This document shows positions 42,895 through 51,900 of a stretch of 64,000 nucleotides of DNA, piece by piece (position 1 is the first letter of the stretch; every line of letters starts with the position of its first letter). The translations under genes were made by a program, and so were the position numbers. Below the pieces are notes generated by a model. The model made no database searches. It saw only the letters and a program-made list of their open reading frames with translations, and was not told where the DNA came from. This stretch comes from Candidatus Amesbacteria bacterium (GTDB lineage: Bacteria; Patescibacteriota; Microgenomatia; CAZETR01; Amesbacteraceae), in the NCBI GenBank assembly GCA_963736875.1, contig CAVTQH010000003.1, forward strand, positions 65,756 to 129,755, written 5' to 3'.

Positions 42895-43650
42895 GTGAAG
42901 AAAGGAATAATTTTTCAAAAAGGGTTACCTACGGAAGAAGTGAGAATATCATCGGCAGTGGCAATACTTAGAACGGCGGCCAGGGTTGTCAGTTGGATCG
43001 GATCGGCTCTGATAATGATTTCGGTATCGGGGCTGGTATTTGTGTATATACCGCTCGGGATAGCCGAAGTGCGGTATACATTTTCAAAAACCCAGTTGTC
43101 CAGGGCGATTCAAAATACGCGAAACCAGGCCTGGACACAAAAATTGAATGAAAATAAAACCGGAGGACGGTCTGTGAGTAAACCACCGGAAGATAATTTA
43201 CCCAGAGACTGGGCAGTTCCGGATACGAATTATTCGATATACATTCCCAAAATTTATGCAATTTCCCGGGTAATTCCCAACGTGGATGCGGGAGATCCGA
43301 AAGTCTATTTACCCGCTTTGAAAACGGGGGTAGCGGAAGCTTTGGGACTGTCCCATCCGGGGCAGACGGGAACGACTTATTTATTTGCACATTCAGTGGG
43401 TACGAGGTGGGATTTTGCAAGATATAATGCGGTATTTTACCTGCTGGAAAAATTGGAGATAGGAGACAGGGTGGAAATTGTGTACGGCGAAAAACTTTAT
43501 AAATACGAGATGGCGGAGCGGGAAATTCTGGCAGCTTCCGATACCAAATACCTGATACCCCAGACAATTTCGGAGAAGCTGGTTTTAGCCACCTGCTACC
43601 CTCCGGGGACAACCTGGAAGCGGCTGGTGGTAGTGGCTAAAAGAATTTAA
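42895..43650 (+). CDS. sortase family transpeptidase (membrane anchored)
   Basis: N-terminal TM; catalytic His 'TYLFAHSVG', Cys in 'LVLATCYPPG' (TLxTC motif) and Arg 'WKRLVVVA'. Immediately downstream of the two NPxxG substrates. Confidence 0.75.
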   Translation: MKKGIIFQKGLPTEEVRISSAVAILRTAARVVSWIGSALIMISVSGLVFVYIPLGIAEVRYTFSKTQLSRAIQNTRNQAWTQKLNENKTGGRSVSKPPEDNLPRDWAVPDTNYSIYIPKIYAISRVIPNVDAGDPKVYLPALKTGVAEALGLSHPGQTGTTYLFAHSVGTRWDFARYNAVFYLLEKLEIGDRVEIVYGEKLYKYEMAEREILAASDTKYLIPQTISEKLVLATCYPPGTTWKRLVVVAKRI

Positions 43651-43746
43651 GGCAGGCAGGTATTGACAGGTAAAGAGCGGATGCTATACTAGCTCTTAGC
43701 CTTCGGGTTCTTGGAGGAAAAGTTTAAGATTTGAAACCCCTGATTT

Positions 43747-45093
43747 TTGTATATGGCCGATGATAAGCCAAATGTAGTTGGAGATATGTTGCAAGATGAC
43801 TCGGTGATGGTCAGGCCGGGGGTGCGTTCAGTGATGCGACCCGGGGTGGTAAAAATTGTGGGGAGGGTTGCCCCCCGACCCATGGGACGGGGGATAAGGC
43901 CTGCCTATACTTCTGCCCCGTCGTATCCGGTTGCCGAGGGACGCAGTTTTGACGGAGTGGTGGATGACCGGGTGTTGCCGGATGCCGGTTGGCCGACAGA
44001 ATATGTAGAGGGATTTTTGGATATTACCCCCGACGGACACGGTTATTTGCGACCGAAGATGATTCCGTCCAGTAAAGATGTGTATATTTCCGCTTCCCAG
44101 GTACGAAGATTTAATTTAAGACCCGGGGATATGGTAGGCGGACAGGCCAGGGAACCCAAAGACAATGAAAAATATTGGGGGCTTCTGAAAGTCGAGAAAG
44201 TGAATGAGTTGCCGGCGGAGGAAGCGGCCAACAGACCCGACTTTGACGCTCTGACTGCAATTTTTCCGGAAGAGCAGTTACGGATGGAGACAACACCCGA
44301 GGTGTTATCGACCAGAATTATTGACTTGATTGCCCCGATCGGGAAAGGGCAAAGAGGACTGATTGTGGCGCAACCCAAAGCCGGAAAAACATGGCTTTTA
44401 CGTGAAATTGCCGAGGCTTTATCGCAAAACTATCCCGATATGCATCTGATGGCGGTTTTGATCGGTGAACGGCCGGAGGAAGTAACCATGATTTCTCGGA
44501 GCTTAAAGGGGGAGGTGGCGGCTTCGCATTTTGATGAACCTCCGCTGGAGCAGGTCCGGATAGCGGAACTGGCTCTGGAGCGGGCCAAGCGGCTGGTGGA
44601 AATGAAGAAAGACGTGTTTGTGCTGTTGGACTCGATTACCCGGCTGGCCAGAGCCTATAATATGATTACATCTGACTCTGGTAAGACGCTTTCAGGCGGT
44701 TTTTCAGCTGCGGCCATATATCCTGCCAAGAAAGCCTTCGGAGCCGCCAGGCGGTGCGAGGAGGGCGGATCCTTGACGATTATGGGGACATGTATCGTGG
44801 ATACCGGATCCCGGCAGGATGACCTGGTTTATGAGGAATTTAAAGGGACCGGAAACATGGAGCTGCATCTGGACCGGAAGCTGGCTGACAGGCGGATTTT
44901 CCCGGCATTTGAACTGATCCGGTCCGGGACCCGCGGGGAAGAAAAGTTATTGGGAAAGAGGCTGGATAAAGTAATTCAACTGCGGCGGATGCTGGATATG
45001 CTGGACGATGATGAACGGACGGAACTTTTGATTACCAAGATGAAGAAAACTAAAAACAATGATGAGTTTTTGGAGAGTCTGACGAAAAGCTAA
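43747..45093 (+). CDS. rho: transcription termination factor Rho
   Basis: RNA-binding OB region 'RFNLRPGDMVGGQAREPKD', Walker A 'GLIVAQPKAGKT', Q/R loops, 'RIFPAFELIRSGTR'. Confidence 0.9.
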   Translation: MYMADDKPNVVGDMLQDDSVMVRPGVRSVMRPGVVKIVGRVAPRPMGRGIRPAYTSAPSYPVAEGRSFDGVVDDRVLPDAGWPTEYVEGFLDITPDGHGYLRPKMIPSSKDVYISASQVRRFNLRPGDMVGGQAREPKDNEKYWGLLKVEKVNELPAEEAANRPDFDALTAIFPEEQLRMETTPEVLSTRIIDLIAPIGKGQRGLIVAQPKAGKTWLLREIAEALSQNYPDMHLMAVLIGERPEEVTMISRSLKGEVAASHFDEPPLEQVRIAELALERAKRLVEMKKDVFVLLDSITRLARAYNMITSDSGKTLSGGFSAAAIYPAKKAFGAARRCEEGGSLTIMGTCIVDTGSRQDDLVYEEFKGTGNMELHLDRKLADRRIFPAFELIRSGTRGEEKLLGKRLDKVIQLRRMLDMLDDDERTELLITKMKKTKNNDEFLESLTKS

Positions 45094-45105
45094 TGGGACA
45101 TATCG

Positions 45106-45837
45106 GTGAACAAGAATTTAACACTGATTAAGCTGGGAGGGGGATTGATTGCCCCTAAAGAATGGGGGGAAGAAACTGCGGATTTGAGTGTGATCAGAAG
45201 GCTTGTGGAAGAGATAAAAGAAAGCGGACGGACGGTGGTAGTGGTATCAGGCAGCGGGAATTTTGGTCATACCGCTGTGAGAAAATATGGTATAGCAACA
45301 TTGGAAGGAGTGAGGAAAGTCAGAAAAAGTGCCGGGAAAATCGGGGAAATTGTGGCGAAGGAAATGCGGGAATCAGGTTTTCAAACGCAATTAATCGCGG
45401 CACATAAATTTTTTGGTAAAAAGGCAGACTGGGATTTAAATATGACACCTGTTTTTTACGGGGATGTGATGGATTTACCTAACGGGGGGTGGATGGTTTA
45501 TTCAGGGGAAAAAATAATTGAATTATTAGTACCAATTTTGTCAGCCCACGGACGGAAAGTGGAAAAGATAATTCAGGTTAGTAAAGAACAGGGGGTTATG
45601 GATGAGAATGGTACGCCGGTGCCGGTAATCAATACCCGAAATTGGAAAGAAATAAAAAAGAATGTATCGGGAGCTGCGGGGACGGATGTAACGGGCGGAA
45701 TGCTGCATAAAGTGGAAGAGAGCCTGGAAATTGCGAGAAGATACAAAGTTGAAACGGTAATAATCAGCGGAAAAATCGCCGGGAGATTAAGAGAGGCATT
45801 GTCAGGAGCTGAAGTTTCGGGAACTATGGTGCGTTAA
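45106..45837 (+). CDS. amino-acid-kinase-fold protein, isopentenyl phosphate kinase-like
   Basis: 'LTLIKLGGGLIAPKE', 'VVVVSGSGNFGHTAV', 'TPVFYGDVMDL', 'GTDVTGGM' align with the conserved IPK motifs (KLGGS, GGGxFGH, HGD, DVTGGM). Confidence 0.55.
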   Translation: MNKNLTLIKLGGGLIAPKEWGEETADLSVIRRLVEEIKESGRTVVVVSGSGNFGHTAVRKYGIATLEGVRKVRKSAGKIGEIVAKEMRESGFQTQLIAAHKFFGKKADWDLNMTPVFYGDVMDLPNGGWMVYSGEKIIELLVPILSAHGRKVEKIIQVSKEQGVMDENGTPVPVINTRNWKEIKKNVSGAAGTDVTGGMLHKVEESLEIARRYKVETVIISGKIAGRLREALSGAEVSGTMVR

Positions 45838-45840
45838 AAA

Positions 45841-45861
45841 ACCACCTTTCGGTGGTCGGAC
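45841..45861. terminator. hairpin terminator (AAAAAACCACC-TTTC-GGTGGT), T-run on the minus strand
   Basis: On the minus strand the stem is followed by TTTTTT, positioned to terminate the alr-murF transcript. It may also serve the plus-strand kinase gene. Confidence 0.45.
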
Positions 45862-45951
45862 CCTCCTTAATCCGGACTATCAGCGGATTACATTTTCAAG
45901 TATACCCCGGGACTTGTATCAAGTCAAGTTTTGGCGATACAATGGCAAAAT

Positions 45952-46203
45952 ATGGATTTAACCAAACTTGAGGAACAACTGAAAAATATGCGGGACCAAT
46001 TGTATAAATTGGAAACGGTGGAGACGGAAAAAATCCGGCAGAAGCGGATTCTGGCGGATATGGGGGATGACTTCCGGGAGAACGAAGGCGCGAAGATGGT
46101 AATGGAAGATCATCAATTTCTGCATTTAAGAACGGCAAATCTCAGGCGGGAGATGCTCGAAATAAAGAAGAAGATTATTGCGACCCGGAAACGAGCCGGG
46201 TAA
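45952..46203 (+). CDS. standalone GreA/GreB N-terminal coiled-coil domain-like protein (83 aa)
   Basis: 'LADMGDDFRENEGAKMVMEDHQFLHLRTANLRREMLEIKK' parallels the GreA NTD 'GDLKENAEYHAAREQQ...'. There is no C-terminal FKBP-like domain. Upstream TTGTAT-18-TACAAT. 3' end overlaps murF convergently. Confidence 0.4.
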   Translation: MDLTKLEEQLKNMRDQLYKLETVETEKIRQKRILADMGDDFRENEGAKMVMEDHQFLHLRTANLRREMLEIKKKIIATRKRAG

Positions 46204-47380
46204 CCAGATTTTCCATCTGCCAGGAATGGGAGCCTTTGATGAGAATACAGTACTTAGAGTTGTGAATGGAAAGTCCGGATATAAAATCGGAGAGTGCATC
46301 CAAATCTTCGAAATACCGGCCGACACCTGCGGCAGCGATGGTAAATTTGGTGGCCGGGCCAAGACAGTACAAATGTTTAATGCCCAGTTTTTTGATTTCC
46401 GAACCGGTTTCCTTGTGGGCAGATTCTTCGTATTTACCCAGTTCGTTCATCTGACCGAAAACAAAAACAGGCACCAAAGACTGGGCTGCAGAGACAAGAG
46501 ATAAAGTTTTGAGGGATTCGGAGACTGAAAGGGGATTGGCATTGTAAGTGTCGTCGATAATAATGCTGCCGTTTTTTAACCTGATGGGCTGAAGGCGATG
46601 AGCCGGATGGGGAGTGGTTTCCAAGCCTTTTTTAACGATCTCCGGGGGAATTTTCAAAAGAAAGGCGGCAGCAGCTACCGCGGCGGCATTTTGACCGAAT
46701 TGAGGCCCGAGAAAAGGCAGGGTCAGGTTTTGCGGATCCTGATTAATAAGAAGATTAACCTGGGTAGTCAGATTGGGTACGATCTGACTTTTTACAATCC
46801 GGACCAGAAAATTGGCTTTACTGCCGAATTTATAAACCGGAGACGGGGTATCCGGAGAAATATCGGGTTCGTCGCCGTTGACGATTCCCACCTGTGAGCG
46901 GATCAGAAGTTTGGACTTTTCGGCGGCAATCTCCGATAACGAACCCAGAAATGAGGAATGGACCGGGCTTAAATTGAGAAAAATTCCGATGTCGGGGTGA
47001 GCCAGCCAGGTATAGAAATCCATATCTCCCCGGTATTCCACACCCATTTCCAAAATCAGAAATTTTGTATTCGGAGTGCATCTCAAAATCGTGGTGGGAA
47101 TATTGTAGGTGCTGGTTACCGAGTCGGCAGTTTTGACAGCAGGACCTGCCAGTGAACAGACGGAAAAAAGCATATTGGAGGTGGTGGTTTTTCCGGTACT
47201 GCCGGTCAAAGCGATGACTTTAAGACCGTAAAAGTGCCGGAGAAGCAGCAGGTAGTATTTAGCCAGATGGCGCTTCACAGGATGAATAAACCAGTGGAGA
47301 AAGGGATCGATTTTCCGGTTCGGGTAAAGTTCCTCGGCAGGAAGCGGTCCGGTCCAGAGACGTAAGAAGTCGATTGTCAT
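46175..47380 (-). CDS. murF: Mur ligase family protein, probably UDP-MurNAc-tripeptide--D-Ala-D-Ala ligase
   Basis: 'VIALTGSTGKTTTSNML' P-loop, 'DDTYNANP' motif, C-terminal Mur ligase domain; adjacent to alr. Confidence 0.65.
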   Translation of the reverse strand: MTIDFLRLWTGPLPAEELYPNRKIDPFLHWFIHPVKRHLAKYYLLLLRHFYGLKVIALTGSTGKTTTSNMLFSVCSLAGPAVKTADSVTSTYNIPTTILRCTPNTKFLILEMGVEYRGDMDFYTWLAHPDIGIFLNLSPVHSSFLGSLSEIAAEKSKLLIRSQVGIVNGDEPDISPDTPSPVYKFGSKANFLVRIVKSQIVPNLTTQVNLLINQDPQNLTLPFLGPQFGQNAAAVAAAAFLLKIPPEIVKKGLETTPHPAHRLQPIRLKNGSIIIDDTYNANPLSVSESLKTLSLVSAAQSLVPVFVFGQMNELGKYEESAHKETGSEIKKLGIKHLYCLGPATKFTIAAAGVGRYFEDLDALSDFISGLSIHNSKYCILIKGSHSWQMENLVTRLVSGSQ

Positions 47381-47385
47381 CAGGA

Positions 47386-48471
47386 CTATTTTACAATTAT
47401 TCGGGGGATTTGGGGATTTAGGCGGGAAACAACTTCGTAATTAATGGTGCCGGTTTTGGCGGCGATTTCGTCGGCGGTGACGTGAGGACCGATCAGTTCG
47501 ACGATATTTTGCGGTTTTATAACGGGCTTTGGGATATTTATCATGGTGAAGTTCATGGCGACCCGGCCGATTACCGGAAGATATTTGCCTGCTGACCAAA
47601 CCCTGCCGTTATTACTTAATTTGCGGTCGTAACCGTCTGAGTAACCGACGGGTAAAACTGCCATCATGCCGGGTTTTTTGCAGATATAGGCGGAGCTGTA
47701 ACCGACGCTTTCACCGGTTCGGATACTGCGGATTTGGACCGGGTGACATTTCCAGGAAAGAACCGGTTTTAGTTTTTTTGGGGGAGAGTGTTTTTTAACA
47801 TACGGGTCCGGCCAGAGACCGTAAAGAGAAATTCCGATCCTGATCATGTCCAAGTGGGTTTGGGGCCAGAGGATCGCGGACGAAGAGCTGCTGCAGTGGG
47901 CCAGAATCCGGGGGAAATAAAATTTGGTTTGGAAAACGGCCTGATTAAAAATATCCAGCTGTATCAGGCTTTGGGGGGAACCTTCATCGGAACTGTGGAA
48001 GTGGGTATAGATTCCTTCCGGGATCAGTTTTTGATGATGGCGTAAAAGGCTTAATGCTTTGAGCAGATCGACAAGAGATAATCCCAGACGGTTGGTCCCG
48101 GTGTTAACTTTCAGATGAATTTTTAATTTTAAATTTTTAATTTTTAACAAATAATCCAAAGAATGAACACAAAGCGAAATGTTGTTTTTGGAGGCGAGAG
48201 AAAAATCAGATGCGGAAATTGGAGCAGCTATTAGGATTTTAGAATTGCTAATTTTCTTTACTTCCAATGCTTCTTGAATGGTGTTGACAGCAAAGAATTC
48301 AACACGATGATTGAGAATTTCCACTACTTCTTTCAGGCCGTGGCCATAGGCGTTGGCTTTGACCATGACCATTATCCGGGTGGCGGGGGAGACTAAATTT
48401 TTATATTGGGATAGGTTATGCACAAGGGACCTTCGGGAAATTTCCAGCCAATGGAGATATGAATTGACCAT
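47386..48471 (-). CDS. alr: alanine racemase, carrying an in-frame heptamer-array insertion
   Basis: 'VKANAYGHGL' PLP-lysine motif, 'KIHLKVNTGTNRLGL'. The preceding 'LKIKNLKL' is encoded by the 48119-48146 heptamer array. Confidence 0.85.
   Translation of the reverse strand: MVNSYLHWLEISRRSLVHNLSQYKNLVSPATRIMVMVKANAYGHGLKEVVEILNHRVEFFAVNTIQEALEVKKISNSKILIAAPISASDFSLASKNNISLCVHSLDYLLKIKNLKLKIHLKVNTGTNRLGLSLVDLLKALSLLRHHQKLIPEGIYTHFHSSDEGSPQSLIQLDIFNQAVFQTKFYFPRILAHCSSSSSAILWPQTHLDMIRIGISLYGLWPDPYVKKHSPPKKLKPVLSWKCHPVQIRSIRTGESVGYSSAYICKKPGMMAVLPVGYSDGYDRKLSNNGRVWSAGKYLPVIGRVAMNFTMINIPKPVIKPQNIVELIGPHVTADEIAAKTGTINYEVVSRLNPQIPRIIVK
48119..48146 (+). repeat. 28-nt heptamer array (ATTTTTA ATTTTAA ATTTTTA ATTTTTA) inside alr (minus-strand gene)
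   Basis: Read directly; same plus-strand orientation as the other copies. Confidence 0.65.
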
Positions 48472-48500
48472 TTTACCGGGTATGATACAATGTTTACTTC

Positions 48501-48674
48501 ATGAATAATACTGAAAGTCCGCGATGGCCGGTGGCGTATAAAGTTAAAGGCCGGACATTTGTGGCGGGAAATTCCGAGGAAAAGAAACTGATAGAACAAA
48601 TGCTGAACCGGGGAGAAAATGTTTTTGAGGCACTGGCGGGATTGGGATTGGTTGAACCCGGAGAGAAGAAATAG
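48501..48674 (+). CDS. possible small protein (57 aa) between alr and murB
   Basis: ATG 48501 to TAG 48674; not in the supplied track (<60 aa). Confidence 0.2.
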   Translation: MNNTESPRWPVAYKVKGRTFVAGNSEEKKLIEQMLNRGENVFEALAGLGLVEPGEKK

Positions 48675-48676
48675 GG

Positions 48677-49711
48677 CTAAACGACAACAACTTCATATTC
48701 CAGATCGATGTCAAAGTTTTTTAAAACGTCTTCGCGCATAGACTGTGCAAATTTGTATACTTCCGGTCCGGTTGCCCCCGGATAAGTTACCAGAGTCAGT
48801 GCGTGGCCCGGGAAAGTGCCCACATTCCCGATTTTTTTACCGCGCCAGCCCAGTTCGTCCAGGAGTCTTCCGGCGGGAACTTTAACCACTTCGGTTTTTT
48901 CCAGCCATGCGGATTCATCTTCATATTTGAGTTGTTCGGGCGGATATGCCTGTAATCCGGAAATCCGGGATTTGAGGGTAAGATAATGAGTTTTGGAAAT
49001 CAGCGGATTTTTAAAGAAACTGCCTGCGGTCCCGATGATTTTCGGATCCGGGAGTTTTTCGGTGCGCATTTTGACGACGGCGTTAAAGACATCCCTCACG
49101 GTGTACGGTTCTTTGGCGATTTCCCGGAGGGTGGGTAAAAGTGAAGCGTGCCGGGAGGCATGATATGAAAGTTCCAGACGGGCTATTTTGGATAATTTGT
49201 AAGTGACTGATGTAACCAGATAGTCTCCGGGATTTTTTTTTAAAACACTCTCGCGGTATGCAAATTTCATATCATTTTTAGTGAAGACTTCCGTTTTTCG
49301 GGATTTTAAGTTAACCGTCTCAAGTGAGACAAAAACATCTTCCTGATTTTGACCGTAAGCGGCAATATTACCTATGGCAGCTGCACCAATTTTACCGGGT
49401 ATCAAAGCCATATTTTCCACACCCGACCAGTTGTTTTCGACGGTATGGGAGACAAAGTCATGCCAGTTTTCCCCGGCTCCGAGTTTGATGATCACAAAGT
49501 CTTCTGAATCATCGATGATTTTGCGGCCGGTAAGTTTTACCAGAGCGACAGTGCCGGGATAGTCGTTTATAAAAAGGATGTTTGCTCCCAACCCCAGGAA
49601 TAAAACGTTCTCCCGGGAAAGCCGGTTGATATCCGATTCAGTTATTATTTCCGTTAAATTTTGGGCTTTGGCAGGAAGGCGAAGTGTGTTGCAGCCGGAA
49701 AGATCAACCAT
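48677..49711 (-). CDS. murB: UDP-N-acetylenolpyruvoylglucosamine reductase
   Basis: FAD-binding 'LFLGLGANILFINDYPGTVA' N-terminus and MurB C-terminal domain. Confidence 0.85.
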   Translation of the reverse strand: MVDLSGCNTLRLPAKAQNLTEIITESDINRLSRENVLFLGLGANILFINDYPGTVALVKLTGRKIIDDSEDFVIIKLGAGENWHDFVSHTVENNWSGVENMALIPGKIGAAAIGNIAAYGQNQEDVFVSLETVNLKSRKTEVFTKNDMKFAYRESVLKKNPGDYLVTSVTYKLSKIARLELSYHASRHASLLPTLREIAKEPYTVRDVFNAVVKMRTEKLPDPKIIGTAGSFFKNPLISKTHYLTLKSRISGLQAYPPEQLKYEDESAWLEKTEVVKVPAGRLLDELGWRGKKIGNVGTFPGHALTLVTYPGATGPEVYKFAQSMREDVLKNFDIDLEYEVVVV

Positions 49712-49783
49712 TACTTAATTTTAACATCAGACAATAACAGACCAAACAATTGTTTTTTTGAAAAAACATAATAAAATATCGAG

Positions 49784-50074
49784 ATGACGGAAAAAATCGA
49801 CGGGAAGGTATCAGTAAATATTGATTTCCAGCCGGCCTGCAGTCTTTTTGTGACGGACGGGGGTGGTTATTCCAGGAGTGTACGTTTTAATCCGGAATTG
49901 CCAGAAACGGAGATTACGTGTCCGACGGGTTCAAACGTGCTGGTTTCCACAGAGTTGGAGTCGGATATCCGGAGTAAAAATGATACCGTTATTGCTGTGA
50001 TATGCCGAGGGTGTATGTTTCGGAATAAGGGGTTTGTTTCGGAGCTTAAAGGGAGAATCGGACGGACTGGATAA
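49784..50074 (+). CDS. hypothetical protein (96 aa)
   Basis: ORF only; Cys pairs (C..C at both ends) could bind metal. Confidence 0.3.
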   Translation: MTEKIDGKVSVNIDFQPACSLFVTDGGGYSRSVRFNPELPETEITCPTGSNVLVSTELESDIRSKNDTVIAVICRGCMFRNKGFVSELKGRIGRTG

Positions 50075-50079
50075 AATTG

Positions 50080-51372
50080 CTAATTGTGATCTGTGGTTCG
50101 TTGTATTTTGGCACCCAGGGCAGCAAAGCGGGCGGCGGGGTCTTCGTAGCCGCGTTCGATAATTTCGGCGTGATCTATCACACTTTTTCCCGTGGCGGCG
50201 AGGGCGGCAATCAGAATTGACATTCCCGCGCGGATATCGGGGGATGCCAGATGACGCCCGACCAGGGGAGTGGGACCGGTAATCAGGCAGCGGTGGGGAT
50301 CGCAGATGGTGATATTGGCTCCCATGGCTACCAGTTTGTCGGTAAAAAACATCCGGGTTTCATACATCCAGTCGTGCATTAAAACCGTACCTTTGGCTTG
50401 TGTAGCCAAAACAATCAGGGGGCTTAACAGGTCGGTCGGGAAACCCGGCCATGGACGGACCTGGAATTTCTGCCGGATGCCCAACTTTTCGGGGTCGGCG
50501 GATAAGTCCGACGGAAATATTTCCAGAGTATTATCTTTAGGCCACGAATACTTAACTCCCAGGCGGGACAGATACAGAAGAGTCATTCTTAAATCGGCTT
50601 TGTCAGCGGGAGAAATGGTAATGTGGCCACGGGTGGCGGCTGCGGCAATGGCGAATGTGCCGGCGTCCATATGATCGGGGCAAACGGCATGAGTGGCTGA
50701 TTTAGGATGCGGAGTACCGGTGACGGTGATAATACCCGATCCGAGACCGGTGATGTTTGCCCCCATTTTTATCAGGAATTCTCCGAGATTTTTGACATGA
50801 GGTTCACAGGCGGCATCTTCGATAGTGGTGGTAATGGGAAGGGACGAGGCCATGATGAGGGCATTTTCAGTGGCAGTGACAGAAGCTTCGTCAAGGAAGA
50901 TATTGACATCGGATTTAACCGGGTTTAGAGTGCCGGAAATTGTTTCGGGAGTGATTTTAAATTTTGCACCCAATTTGCTTAAGGCATCCAGGTGGGTGCC
51001 GATGGCGCGTTTGCCGATAACATCTCCGCCCGGGAAACCGATTTCAACTTTTTTGAACCGGGCCAGAAGGGGTGACAGAAACAGAATAGAGGAGCGGACC
51101 TGCCGGGAAAGATCGGGGTCGATTTGCCATTTATTAACTCCGCCGGGGTCGATGACCAGTTTGGATGTTCCGGCACCGGTAACTTTAGCCCCCAGAGATT
51201 CCATAATTTTGACCATGACCGTGACGTCGTGAATATTCGGGACGTTGGTTAAAGTGACGGGGGAAGAAGCCAGAAGTGAGGCGGGAATAAGCTTAAGGAT
51301 GGCGTTTTTGTTGCCGGAGATGCTGACGTGGCCGGACAGGGGAGTGCCGCCGGTAACTTCAAATTGAGCCAT
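50080..51372 (-). CDS. murA: UDP-N-acetylglucosamine 1-carboxyvinyltransferase
   Basis: 'MAQFEVTGGTPLSGHVSISGNKNA' N-terminus, catalytic Cys region '...TIEDAACEPH'. The ORF extends to 51402; ATG 51372 is the likely start. Confidence 0.9.
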   Translation of the reverse strand: MAQFEVTGGTPLSGHVSISGNKNAILKLIPASLLASSPVTLTNVPNIHDVTVMVKIMESLGAKVTGAGTSKLVIDPGGVNKWQIDPDLSRQVRSSILFLSPLLARFKKVEIGFPGGDVIGKRAIGTHLDALSKLGAKFKITPETISGTLNPVKSDVNIFLDEASVTATENALIMASSLPITTTIEDAACEPHVKNLGEFLIKMGANITGLGSGIITVTGTPHPKSATHAVCPDHMDAGTFAIAAAATRGHITISPADKADLRMTLLYLSRLGVKYSWPKDNTLEIFPSDLSADPEKLGIRQKFQVRPWPGFPTDLLSPLIVLATQAKGTVLMHDWMYETRMFFTDKLVAMGANITICDPHRCLITGPTPLVGRHLASPDIRAGMSILIAALAATGKSVIDHAEIIERGYEDPAARFAALGAKIQRTTDHN

Positions 51373-51401
51373 TGTAATGGATATTATACCTGTATATCGC
51401 A

Positions 51402-51899
51402 ATGTATAATCAAGATGTGAAATTTATCCCCTGGAAAAAATATCAGAAAACCATACCAAAGAAGCGGATGTCGGCGGGGGTGCTGTTTTTTAATAAAGAG
51501 GGAATGATATTGATACTGAAACCTTCTTACAAGGATAATTGGACTTTACCCGGCGGGGCATGTAACAAAAACGAGTCTCCCAGACAAACCGGAGAAAGGG
51601 AGGTTAAAGAGGAGATTAATATTGAAGTGAATCTGAAGCGGTTGGTAGCGGTTATCTATAATTGGGCTAAGGGTGATGTTGACGAGAATGTAATGTGGTG
51701 GTTTTATGGCGGGATATTAGACGAAAGACAAACCAAGCAGATAAAAGTGGATGGAGAAGAGATTTTAGAATACCGGTTTGTAAAACCGGAGGAAGCGAAT
51801 AAACTGGCTAGAAGGAATTTAATTAAATTGATGCCGGTTATAACAAAGGCGATTAAAACAAAAATTCCGGTATATTTGGAAAATTGGGAGGAAATCTGA
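51402..51899 (+). CDS. NUDIX hydrolase
   Basis: Nudix box 'GGACNKNESPRQTGEREVKEEINIEV' (GX5EX7REUXEEXGU). Confidence 0.75.
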   Translation: MYNQDVKFIPWKKYQKTIPKKRMSAGVLFFNKEGMILILKPSYKDNWTLPGGACNKNESPRQTGEREVKEEINIEVNLKRLVAVIYNWAKGDVDENVMWWFYGGILDERQTKQIKVDGEEILEYRFVKPEEANKLARRNLIKLMPVITKAIKTKIPVYLENWEEI

Positions 51900-51900
51900 G

